In this document: piece after piece, positions 9,332 to 17,924 of the stretch | Position numbering within the stretch: position 1 is the first letter of the stretch | How the letters are laid out: the number at the start of each line of letters is the position of its first letter | Assembly (NCBI GenBank): GCA_964349435.1 | Contig: CAYGHY010000002.1 | Location: forward strand, 1-38,350 | From: an uncultured Oscillospiraceae bacterium | Lineage (GTDB): Bacteria; Bacillota; Clostridia; Acetivibrionales; DTU013 | Direction: 5' to 3' | Length of the DNA: 38,350 nucleotides | Notes under the pieces: model-generated | The model's database searches: none | Told to the model about the DNA's origin: nothing | The model's input: the letters and a program-made list of their open reading frames with translations, nothing else | Program-made: the position numbers and the translations under genes

Positions 9332-10117
9332 CTATTGAGCCGTATAGCCTCCATCCACAGAGAGAACCGTACCCGTCACAAATGAAGCTTCATCTGAAGC
9401 CAGGTATAGAATTCCGCAAGCAATTTCTACAGGGTTGGCCATTCTCTTCAAAGGTCTGTCCTCAGAAAGAATCTTCAATGTTTTTACAGAATCCTCAGAA
9501 TTATCAACGACTTTTTGCACCAATGGTGTAAGACTCCTGCCAGGACAAATACAGTTAACTCTGATGTTTTTCAGTGCGAAATCAAGTGCGGTGCTCTTTG
9601 TCAAAGAAACCATGCCGCTTTTTGAAATATTGTAAACAACCTGATTGCACATCCCTACGAGTCCGGCTTCAGAAGAAACATTTACAATAGTTCCTCCACC
9701 TGTTTTCAACATCTGGCGGATGCAATATTTCATGCACAAAAAAGCGCCCTTCAGGTTTACATCCATAACGCGCTGCCAGTCATTTTCCGTCGCCTGTGTA
9801 ACATCACCGGTCAAATATATTCCCGCATTATTTATGAGTATGTCTATCCTACCGTATACTTCCGCTACTGCATCGACCATGTTCTGCACATCTGTATCGC
9901 TCGTTATATCAGTCATTAAATATACGGCTTCCCCGCCTTGCTTCCTTATCAACTCAGCAGTAAGAGAGCCTTCAATAGGGTCAATATCTATAACCGCAAT
10001 TTTCCCACCTTCTCTTGCAAAAAGCAGGGCGGTCTCTCTTCCTATCCCCGAACCTGAACCGCTGATAACCGCGACTTTCCCAGAAATTCTACCCTTAATA
10101 CCACATTGTAAAGACAT
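9332..10117 (-). CDS. SDR-family short-chain dehydrogenase/reductase
   Basis: Cofactor motif GSGSGIG, NNAG, catalytic S...YNISK. Confidence 0.9.
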   Translation of the reverse strand: MSLQCGIKGRISGKVAVISGSGSGIGRETALLFAREGGKIAVIDIDPIEGSLTAELIRKQGGEAVYLMTDITSDTDVQNMVDAVAEVYGRIDILINNAGIYLTGDVTQATENDWQRVMDVNLKGAFLCMKYCIRQMLKTGGGTIVNVSSEAGLVGMCNQVVYNISKSGMVSLTKSTALDFALKNIRVNCICPGRSLTPLVQKVVDNSEDSVKTLKILSEDRPLKRMANPVEIACGILYLASDEASFVTGTVLSVDGGYTAQ

Positions 10118-10170
10118 AAATTTACTTCCTTCTAAGCATTTTGGGGCTTGATAAGTTGCATTATAAATAA

Positions 10171-11163
10171 TTATTTTTTCACTCTCTTACTGCGCCATGT
10201 GTCAAGCGATACAACTGCTATAATTACCAGGCCAAGTACCACTTTCTGCCAGAATGCTGTAATGTTTAACAAGTCCAGCCCATTACTCAGAACGCCTATG
10301 GTTATTATGCCTATAATAGTTCCACTTATGCTTCCAAAGCCGCCTGCAAGGCTTGTTCCACCAAGAGCCACCGCCGTAATGGACAACAGCTCCAATCCCT
10401 CTCCCATTAGAGCGTTTGCAGAGTTTAGCCTTCCTATCATTACAATGCTTGCAATCGAACTGCAGAAACCACTAATTACGTAAACCAAAATCTTGGTGTA
10501 TTCAACTTTTATTCCTGACGTTCTTGCGGCTTCAGCATTTCCCCCTATTGCAAGTATATTTCTGCCCAGGGTTGTGTGATTAAGAACAACCCAACCCATT
10601 AACGCAATAAAAATGAAAACAAATACGCTTATTGGAATACTCTTAAAAGTACCGCTTCCAACCACAAGCAAAGGATCAGGTATTCTTGAAATAGGAAGCC
10701 CATCACTTACCAGCAGAGCAACTCCTGCTGAAGCTGTCAATATTCCCAGAGTTGCTATAAAATCTTGCAGTCTGGCTTTAGTTATAATAATTCCATTTAT
10801 AAAACCAACAATAATTCCTACAATAATTCCTAAAAGTACTGAAACAACCGGGTTTATCCCCCACTGAGTAGATGCAACGGCAATAACACAGCCGGATAAA
10901 GCCATAATAGAACCTACGGACAGGTCAATGCCGGCGGCAAGAATTACCAGTGTCTGCCCTATGGCCAGTATCCCAACTACAGCGGATTGTTTGATAATAT
11001 TGATAAAATTGCTTGCTGTAAAAAAGTTACTGTTTGCTACAGCCATATATGCTATTAAGATAAACAAAATGAACACCGGACTGCTTTTTTGCAGAAAGCT
11101 GTTTGCAGATTGAAATCTAAAATTTAGTTTGCGCACATTAACACTTTTATTCAGAATTTTCAT
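10171..11163 (-). CDS. Sugar ABC transporter permease (RbsC/AraH-type, multi-TM)
   Basis: Hydrophobic roughly 330-aa product. ATG 11163 lies in a TAATATG junction with the upstream ATPase stop; the track ORF extends to 11235 inside the ATPase gene. Confidence 0.88.
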   Translation of the reverse strand: MKILNKSVNVRKLNFRFQSANSFLQKSSPVFILFILIAYMAVANSNFFTASNFINIIKQSAVVGILAIGQTLVILAAGIDLSVGSIMALSGCVIAVASTQWGINPVVSVLLGIIVGIIVGFINGIIITKARLQDFIATLGILTASAGVALLVSDGLPISRIPDPLLVVGSGTFKSIPISVFVFIFIALMGWVVLNHTTLGRNILAIGGNAEAARTSGIKVEYTKILVYVISGFCSSIASIVMIGRLNSANALMGEGLELLSITAVALGGTSLAGGFGSISGTIIGIITIGVLSNGLDLLNITAFWQKVVLGLVIIAVVSLDTWRSKRVKK

Positions 11164-11164
11164 A

Positions 11165-12682
11165 TTAGTCCCCTCCGGCAGCTTTTTGAACAATATTCTC
11201 TTGTGTGCATTTTTTAGCATCAAAGCTTGCCACAATCCTGCCCTTTTTCATTACAAGAATATTATCTGAGATGCCCAACAGTTCAGGCATATCAGAAGAA
11301 ATCAGAATAACTCCTGCTCCATCGGCAGTTAGCTGATTTATCAATTTGTACACTTCTACTTTTGCTCCAACATCAACCCCTCTTGTAGGGTCGTCCATAA
11401 TAAATATTTCACATTTACTGCAGCACCATTTTGCAACTGCAATCTTTTGCTGATTGCCGCCACTTAAATGCATTACCTTTTTTCTGGTATCAGCAGTATC
11501 AATCTTCAGCATGTCTATGAATTTGACTGCTGTTGCCAACTCTTTAGTTTTCCTTCGGAACCCCATTATGGAGAAACCTTTTAATGCAGCGAGGGTTATG
11601 TTTGTGAATATAGGCATATGAAGCAATAGGCTATCTTTGCGATCTTTTGTTATTAAGCCGATTTTTTTTCTAATTGCATCTTTAGGTTCTTTATATGTCA
11701 GTAAATCTCCGTTAGCATACATTTCACCAGTTATTATTCTTCCGAGACCGAAGATGGCTTTTGCCAATTCAGTCCTCCCTGCTCCTACCAACCCTGCAAT
11801 ACCTAAAACCTCACCCTTGTGTACACTAAACGAAATGCTGAAGAAGTTTTTTCCATCACTTAACTCTTTTACTTTGAAAATTTCTTCTTTAGTTGCATTA
11901 CATATTTTGGGGTACTGTTCTGCAATGTTTCTTCCCACCATCATGGTGACCAAATCTCCTTCTTTTGCAGATTGAATGTCCTCTATTGTTCCTACGGAAA
12001 AACCGTCTCTCAATACAGTAACCCTGTCTCCTATTTCAAATACTTCCTTCAACCGGTGAGTTATATAAATAAATGATACCCCTTGCTCCTTTAATGACTT
12101 AATGGTTTTAAACAGCTTCTTGACTTCACTTTCAGTCAAAGCAGATGTGGGTTCATCAAGAATAACCAACTTTACATCCCTTGAGATTGCTCTAACTATC
12201 TCCACTAACTGCTGAATTCCCAGATCATATTCAGAAACCGGTCGCCTGACATCTATAAAAATTTCCAATTTACTAAATGTTTCTTCGGCTTTTTTTATCG
12301 CTGATTTCCAATCTAAAAAAGGCAGATATTTCTTTTTGGGCAGCCGCCCCAGCCAAATGTTTTCAAAAACACTCAAAGCTTTTATCAGAGATAATTCCTG
12401 ATACACCATCCCTATTCCAAGCCTTAACGAGTTATAAGGTTCCTTGATGTTTACCTGATTACCTTCCCATATAATCTTTCCATCATCATAATTATAGGCT
12501 CCTGATAAGACTTTCATTAAAGTGGATTTGCCCGCTCCATTTTCGCCAAGCAATACGTGGACTTCTCCTTTATTAACTTTAAAATCCACTCCACCTAGTG
12601 CTTCAACTCCATAGAAACGTTTTTTGATATTTATCATCTCCAAGAGAACTTCTTCCAAAAGTTTCCCCTCCCCAAAAGGCAA
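11165..12682 (-). CDS. Sugar ABC transporter ATP-binding protein with duplicated ABC domains (RbsA/MglA-type)
   Basis: Walker A GENGAGKST, signature LSGGNQQK, Walker B ILDEPT/FIMDDPT. Start is uncertain (TTG 12682, TTG 12658 after GGGGAGGGG, or ATG 12637). Confidence 0.9.
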   Translation of the reverse strand: MPFGEGKLLEEVLLEMINIKKRFYGVEALGGVDFKVNKGEVHVLLGENGAGKSTLMKVLSGAYNYDDGKIIWEGNQVNIKEPYNSLRLGIGMVYQELSLIKALSVFENIWLGRLPKKKYLPFLDWKSAIKKAEETFSKLEIFIDVRRPVSEYDLGIQQLVEIVRAISRDVKLVILDEPTSALTESEVKKLFKTIKSLKEQGVSFIYITHRLKEVFEIGDRVTVLRDGFSVGTIEDIQSAKEGDLVTMMVGRNIAEQYPKICNATKEEIFKVKELSDGKNFFSISFSVHKGEVLGIAGLVGAGRTELAKAIFGLGRIITGEMYANGDLLTYKEPKDAIRKKIGLITKDRKDSLLLHMPIFTNITLAALKGFSIMGFRRKTKELATAVKFIDMLKIDTADTRKKVMHLSGGNQQKIAVAKWCCSKCEIFIMDDPTRGVDVGAKVEVYKLINQLTADGAGVILISSDMPELLGISDNILVMKKGRIVASFDAKKCTQENIVQKAAGGD

Positions 12683-12702
12683 CGCTGTTTTAAATTCATT
12701 AA

Positions 12703-12730
12703 TGCGGTGCAGCTTTGAACCTGCACCGCA
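12703..12730 (-). promoter_or_regulatory. Intercistronic 10-bp stem-loop between the binding-protein and ATPase genes (partial terminator or mRNA stabiliser)
   Basis: tgcggtgcag-ctttgaac-ctgcaccgca, a perfect stem. Confidence 0.5.
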
Positions 12731-12761
12731 TCGGATGTTGCAATAGATTACTTAATATGTA

Positions 12762-13961
12762 TTACTTTGCAGCTTTTACTATCTCTTCCCAATCTATTGC
12801 TTCAAGCTTTGGTTCCGGATAGAAATCATCAGCATTGTCTTTATACTCTGTTCTTGGCCTTATGTCAAACTTCTTTGGAATCTCCTGTCCCAAAGCCAGC
12901 ATTACACCGAACTTTGTTCCATACCAGCCCCATTCAGGGAATCCATGCCACGTTTCAGCTACCAGCTTTCCTTGACGGATATAGTCAAGACTCTCTGGTG
13001 TACCGTCATTTGTTAATACTTTGATAGAGCCTTCACGTCCGGCATTCTTAACTGCTATATAAGCTCCCATTCCCATTTCATTAGAAGCAGCCCATATTGC
13101 ATCCAATTCTTTATTGTTCTGCAGTATATTTTCAGCAGCCTTTATTCCTTTTTGTCTATTCCAGTCCGCCGGTAAAGTAGCTACAATCTTTATACCCGGA
13201 AATCTGTCGGTAACAGAACGGAATCCCTCTACTCGTTTGTTTGAGAAGTAATCCCCGGCAATACCCTCGATTATGGCTACCTTCCCTTTAATGGAATTTG
13301 TGTCTGCTGTTTTATATACATTTTCCCACCACGGTAAATCAAGCATATCTCCAGCCATAACCTCAACCTTGTTGCCATCCCCCACCACACCGGGACCTCC
13401 AAGTGCATCCAGTGTAGCATATGCCGAAACAACGGCAGCCTGGAAGTTGTCAAAGCCAATAAAAGATTTGACATCAATCCCTTCAAGCTCGTCAAGCATG
13501 TTTACGATGATAATCGGAATATTAGCGGCGTTCGCCTGTTTTAAGGCAGGTTTTACAGCTTCGACATCAGCAGGTGAAACAATGATGACGTCTACCTTGT
13601 TCTGTATAAAATTCTCTATTGTCTTTACTTGATCGGCTGCTTGTGTGTGAGCCGCTGTTGCCCTAGTAATGATTTCGACTTCCAGCCCGGCTTTTTTAGC
13701 ATCCTGTGCCGCTTTTTCCATGAAATCCGTTGCAGTCTTGAAGACTCCGGTAATATCCGGCGGGCTCCAGCCTATTCTGATTTTTTTAAGCTTGGGTTCC
13801 TCAGCCGGTTTTGCTTCTTCTGTCTTCGTTTCCGCCTTCGTCTCCGGAGCTTTTGTCTCTGCTGTATTTTCCTGAGGCTTGCTGTTATCAGATTGGCCGC
13901 ATGAAGTCAATACACCCAGCAGCATAACCATGATCAATAGAATACTAAGAATTTTTCGCAT
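12762..13961 (-). CDS. ABC transporter sugar-binding lipoprotein (periplasmic-binding-protein type I, RbsB-like) with a low-complexity linker
   Basis: Lipobox LGVLTSC. ETKAPETKAETKTEEAKPAEEPK linker. AAGGAGG RBS. Confidence 0.88.
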   Translation of the reverse strand: MRKILSILLIMVMLLGVLTSCGQSDNSKPQENTAETKAPETKAETKTEEAKPAEEPKLKKIRIGWSPPDITGVFKTATDFMEKAAQDAKKAGLEVEIITRATAAHTQAADQVKTIENFIQNKVDVIIVSPADVEAVKPALKQANAANIPIIIVNMLDELEGIDVKSFIGFDNFQAAVVSAYATLDALGGPGVVGDGNKVEVMAGDMLDLPWWENVYKTADTNSIKGKVAIIEGIAGDYFSNKRVEGFRSVTDRFPGIKIVATLPADWNRQKGIKAAENILQNNKELDAIWAASNEMGMGAYIAVKNAGREGSIKVLTNDGTPESLDYIRQGKLVAETWHGFPEWGWYGTKFGVMLALGQEIPKKFDIRPRTEYKDNADDFYPEPKLEAIDWEEIVKAAK

Positions 13962-13985
13962 ATAACATCCTCCTTAAATTTGTGT

Positions 13986-14138
13986 TTAGGTTACAATCCC
14001 CAAGACAGTCGAGCCTGATGAATTAAACGCTTCTTTTATATCATCGTTCATCTTGACCTCTTCTGTCTTTCCGTATAGAGTACGCCATACCTTGATATCC
14101 CTTCCTGCTTCACCTCCCATTATCATTAAAGGTTCCAT
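13986..14138 (-). CDS. Candidate 50-aa first cistron of the ABC operon (MEPLMIMGGEAGRDIKVWRTLYGKTEEVKMNDDIKEAFNSSGSTVLGIVT)
   Basis: GGAGG 6 nt upstream of ATG 14138. Stop lies 24 nt before the binding-protein ATG. Below the ORF-track cutoff. No recognisable family; could be a gene remnant. Confidence 0.3.
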   Translation of the reverse strand: MEPLMIMGGEAGRDIKVWRTLYGKTEEVKMNDDIKEAFNSSGSTVLGIVT

Positions 14139-14190
14139 TACGAGCCTCCAACTTTAATTATAGTTTTTCAAACAGTGAGTTTCTAATATA

Positions 14191-14259
14191 ATTTGTCATG
14201 AAAACTACTTGACATTTGTCATGAAAACTACTTGACATTTGTCATGAAAACTACTTAAC
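14191..14259. repeat. Three tandem 23-bp direct repeats (atttgtcatgaaaactacttgac x2, third copy ...cttaac) abutting a minus-strand -10-like TATATT (14185-14190)
   Basis: Copies at 14191-14213, 14214-14236 and 14237-14259. Two are identical and the third has one mismatch. Confidence 0.95.
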
Positions 14260-14325
14260 ATTTCATTTATCATGTATGGACTGCAAAACAGAAAAGCTTT
14301 ATTATAATTATCCTTTTAAAGCTTA

Positions 14326-14381
14326 CTTAAAAAACAAACTTTTATGAGCTTTTGAAGATATAATTGTCCTTGTAAGCTCAT
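14326..14381 (-). terminator. Candidate terminator after the sensor-binding-protein gene
   Basis: ATGAGCTT / 22-nt loop / AAGCTCAT followed on the minus strand by AAAAGTTTGTTTTTT. Confidence 0.45.
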
Positions 14382-14462
14382 CGCAGCGATTTTCATACCT
14401 TAGCTTACAGCTTAGCTGCGATATGTTATACACATTCTATATCCTTGTATAATACATATAAT

Positions 14463-15758
14463 TTATTCGTGCAAAAACTTGCTAATCTCATTGTTTAGCT
14501 TCTCAAGCTCCACATCAATGTCCTTATCTCCTTTGATAAACTGAAATATTTCTTTATCAGCCATGTTCATAGCCTGTTTGTACTTTCTGAAGGTAAACGG
14601 AGCAATTGATTCCTTTATAACTTCATGCAATAAACCTGCATCCGCATAGGGAGACAGTAACTCCGCTGTTTCATCACTCATCAACACACTCTTTAATATA
14701 GGCAGTCCATAGGAGTATTTTAATACATCCTTTTGAATTTCTACATCGCCACTAATAAAGTCAATAAACTTCCATGCCTCACTTTTGTATTGCGATCTTG
14801 CACTTATGGCAACCGGCATGCTATGTAACTCTGAGGACGTTTTCCCGTCCAGCCCCTTTGGTATTTTTATGATTTTCCAATCAAAACTCGCCGAATTTTT
14901 TATACCTTCATCATTTTTCATCATACGCCTTGCCGCTGAGAACGGATATGGCCTGAAGGCCACCTTTCCGCTATTAAAGTCCATGCCTGTCAGATTCATA
15001 TTCCTTTGATTTAATGACGTAGCATATTTGACCATATAAACCACATCCGAATCATTTAGAAAGACCTTTCCCCCATCTTCGTCAAACAAACGTTTTTCAA
15101 GAGAATACACCGCATGCTGCCAATTGTACCCTGTTATTCCATATTGGTCCTGCTGCCCATCCCCATCAATATCCTTTATTACACTATTGCTGATACAAAC
15201 CAGATCAAACCAATCCCAGTCTTTTACCGGTAAATCAATACCCTCTCCGTTAAGCATAGATTCATTAACCAGCATAATTGTTGGAATGACCTCAAACGGC
15301 ATAGCATATTGGATACCCTTGTATTGCCCTGTTTTCAGCACTTTTGAAATAACATCCTCCAATTTGTTCGGCTTTAGTTTTTCAATATGCTTGTCCAGTG
15401 CCTCAAGCGCCCCAATAGAAGCTAAAGTACAAAAATCCTCCGGCAATACACTGAAAATATCCGGCTGATTCCCTTTAAGTATACTTTGAGCTAGCCATTC
15501 AGAGTATTCTCTCCTGGGTAAACCTTTTATTAACTTAATTCTTATTTGTGGATTTAGTTTCTCATACTTGATTATGGCCTTTTCAAAAAATAACGTGTTG
15601 TCAATTTTTTCTTTATCCCAAATATTATCTGAAGTTATACTAAATAGAATTTCAATTGGTTCACTCGCATTGGCAATTCTGTTCGATACAACAAATGGTA
15701 ATGAGATTAGCAAACCAACAGCAAAACAGATAGCCACAAATGCTTTACGGTTAAGCAT
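14463..15758 (-). CDS. Membrane-anchored extracellular solute-binding-protein-like sensor (family 1 SBP fold), third component of the adjacent two-component system
   Basis: N-terminal uncleaved-looking TM anchor AFVAICFAVGLLISLPFVV (no lipobox). ATG 15758 overlaps the regulator stop (ATGCTTAA). AGGTGGTGA upstream. Confidence 0.75.
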   Translation of the reverse strand: MLNRKAFVAICFAVGLLISLPFVVSNRIANASEPIEILFSITSDNIWDKEKIDNTLFFEKAIIKYEKLNPQIRIKLIKGLPRREYSEWLAQSILKGNQPDIFSVLPEDFCTLASIGALEALDKHIEKLKPNKLEDVISKVLKTGQYKGIQYAMPFEVIPTIMLVNESMLNGEGIDLPVKDWDWFDLVCISNSVIKDIDGDGQQDQYGITGYNWQHAVYSLEKRLFDEDGGKVFLNDSDVVYMVKYATSLNQRNMNLTGMDFNSGKVAFRPYPFSAARRMMKNDEGIKNSASFDWKIIKIPKGLDGKTSSELHSMPVAISARSQYKSEAWKFIDFISGDVEIQKDVLKYSYGLPILKSVLMSDETAELLSPYADAGLLHEVIKESIAPFTFRKYKQAMNMADKEIFQFIKGDKDIDVELEKLNNEISKFLHE

Positions 15759-16440
15759 CCTGACAATCACCACCTACAGTTTTCATTAGAGTCAAACCGG
15801 ATTGGACGGCAAAAATTGCAATTTGAGTTCTGTCGCGAAGATTGATCTTGCTCAATATACCGCTAATATAATTTCTTACAGTACCTTCGCTTAATTTCAG
15901 TTTGTCTGCAATTTCCTTGTTTGATAATCCGATTCCTATTAATCGGATGATTTTCTGCTCATTTTTCCCTAGCTCTTTTAGAGCATTGTCTTCAACTTTT
16001 AATCGGAAGTCTGCATTTACCATTTGTGAAAAAATTTTAAATACTTTTGATGCAATATTAGGATTTATAAGAGCTCCGCCTTCTGCAACTGTTCTGATTG
16101 CCTGTACAAGTTCTGCGATTGATATTCCCTTGAGCAAGTACCCGCTGGCGCCATTTTTTAATGCATTGAAAACATATTCATCATCATCAAAGGTGGTCAG
16201 CACAATAATTTTGACCTTCGGCATCGACTCTTTAATGATTTCAGTACACTCGACGCCATCGATTCCCGGCATTCTAATATCCATAAGTATAACATCAGGA
16301 ATTAGCTTTCTAGCTAATCTTATCGTTTCCGTGCCATTTTCAGCAGTTCCGACAATTGCTATATCCGGTTTGTTAGTCAACATGATTTCTATACTCTGTC
16401 TAATCAGTTCCTGATCCTCTGCAATAAGCACTCTTATCAT
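15751..16440 (-). CDS. Response regulator, NarL/FixJ family (REC plus LuxR/GerE HTH)
   Basis: DVILMDIRMPGIDG phospho-acceptor region. LSNKEIADKLKLSEGTVRNYISGILSKI HTH. Confidence 0.92.
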   Translation of the reverse strand: MIRVLIAEDQELIRQSIEIMLTNKPDIAIVGTAENGTETIRLARKLIPDVILMDIRMPGIDGVECTEIIKESMPKVKIIVLTTFDDDEYVFNALKNGASGYLLKGISIAELVQAIRTVAEGGALINPNIASKVFKIFSQMVNADFRLKVEDNALKELGKNEQKIIRLIGIGLSNKEIADKLKLSEGTVRNYISGILSKINLRDRTQIAIFAVQSGLTLMKTVGGDCQDA

Positions 16441-16441
16441 A

Positions 16442-17806
16442 TTATCCCCACCTTATCGGCATGTCTACCTGCACGCTAAATCCATTTGTTCTGTTTCCCA
16501 TAAACCTGGCGCTGCCTTTGAGCATTTCAACTCTTTCTCTTATGTGAGTGAGACCAAAACCCTCCTTAATATTGTCGCAGCCTTTGCCATTGTCAGATAT
16601 TTCCAGTCCGACAAAGCTGTCCGTAAAATTCATATAAACACATATTTCCCTGGCTTTCCCATGCCGGACGGCATTTGTTATACACTCCTGCACAACTCTG
16701 TACAGTGTTTCTTCCTCATCGGCTCTAAGCTTCCGGGCAAATCCCTCCACATTTAAATGAACTTTTGTGCTTGTGCAATCGCTGATGCTTTCTGCAAGCT
16801 TTTTTATTGCGGGGACCAAAGAGAATCTTTCCAGGACATCAGGCCTCAACTCACTCACCGACCTCCTGACATCCAAAAGGCCGTTCCTGGCTAGCTCGGA
16901 AATTTTTGATATTTGCGCCTTTGTTTTTTCAAGATCCCAGCCGATTAATTCGGAACAAGCTTCAAGACCTGTTGCAATGGCAGTAAAAGTATGTCCGATG
17001 GTATCATGTATTTCTCTTGCCAGACGATTTCTTTCACGAGTTTTTACCATTTCCTCTGATTTTTTATTATATTGCTCTAATCGGATATTAGCAATCTTCA
17101 GTTCTTCTGCAGTAGCATAGAGCTGTTCATACAATACCTTTATCTCTATATTCTCATCTACCTGTTTTTGTATGACAAAAATCATAAAAACGATAAAAAT
17201 CATCTCGTTTAATGAACTTAAAACATTGCGTATACTATAAATATATAACCTTTGCACAGGGCTGAAGTATTGTATGTAATCATTTATGGATAAAATGCTT
17301 ATCTTCAAAGATATGATATCGTAATCAAATATTACATAAATAATTATTGCCATTGCGACAAAAATATTCCTTTTCTTTTTCCCCTCCACAGAAGTAATTA
17401 CATTCATTATTGCTAGCAGCAATACTCCTTTATAGCTTAGATTCGTGCAGTATATCAAAGCAATGCAAATTAATAGATCGACTACATAAAAGAGGTGCAG
17501 AAGTGTTTTCTTTTCCTTTAAAAACATATCCTTGATCAAAGTACTGCAAACTAAAAGCAGCATGAATACAACTGCGTAAAAAGGCACCTTCCATGGCACA
17601 GTTGGAATATATGATATTTTCTCAAGAAAATCCCGCGCCAAATTATTGGAACAAATCGTCTGAATAGCTTTATAGACAAGGTTAGACATGAATATGATCG
17701 CAATAAAGTTCAGCATCAACATGGAGGATTTTGCTATTACAATTTTCCTATCCTTAATCAAAATATACCACCTCACAAAGCCGGCCGTATTCAATACCTG
17801 TCGCAA
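16442..17806 (-). CDS. Sensor histidine kinase, HisKA_3 type, with a polytopic N-terminal membrane domain
   Basis: H-box REIHDTIGHTFTAI and a C-terminal HATPase_c region containing ISDNGKG and GFGLTHIRERV. About 6 predicted TM helices. Start is uncertain (TTG 17806 / TTG 17761). Confidence 0.88.
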   Translation of the reverse strand: MRQVLNTAGFVRWYILIKDRKIVIAKSSMLMLNFIAIIFMSNLVYKAIQTICSNNLARDFLEKISYIPTVPWKVPFYAVVFMLLLVCSTLIKDMFLKEKKTLLHLFYVVDLLICIALIYCTNLSYKGVLLLAIMNVITSVEGKKKRNIFVAMAIIIYVIFDYDIISLKISILSINDYIQYFSPVQRLYIYSIRNVLSSLNEMIFIVFMIFVIQKQVDENIEIKVLYEQLYATAEELKIANIRLEQYNKKSEEMVKTRERNRLAREIHDTIGHTFTAIATGLEACSELIGWDLEKTKAQISKISELARNGLLDVRRSVSELRPDVLERFSLVPAIKKLAESISDCTSTKVHLNVEGFARKLRADEEETLYRVVQECITNAVRHGKAREICVYMNFTDSFVGLEISDNGKGCDNIKEGFGLTHIRERVEMLKGSARFMGNRTNGFSVQVDMPIRWG

Positions 17807-17875
17807 AATCCAACTGTATTACAGGAACTTTACGGCAATTAACAATTCTGATGTGGCACTTGCGATCATCCGCAT

Positions 17876-17914
17876 TTAAAAATACTATACCTCTCAAGCA
17901 AACATCATGTATAG
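17876..17914 (-). terminator. Weak candidate terminator after the kinase (FGGY) gene
   Basis: CTATAC / 18-nt loop / GTATAG followed by TATTTTTAAAT on the minus strand. Confidence 0.3.
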
Positions 17915-17924
17915 AATCAATATC

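Noticed and set aside
9645-10151. Long antisense ORFs opposite well-supported genes (for example 9645-10151, 15902-16414, 22178-22564, 19664-20161)
   Set aside because: They lie fully within strongly supported genes on the other strand, have low-complexity or hydrophobic compositions, and lack RBSs. They are typical shadow ORFs.
14191-14259. Tandem 23-bp repeats as a possible CRISPR array
   Set aside because: The repeats are directly adjacent with no spacers, there are only three copies, and there are no cas genes. It is a tandem repeat at a promoter, not a CRISPR array.
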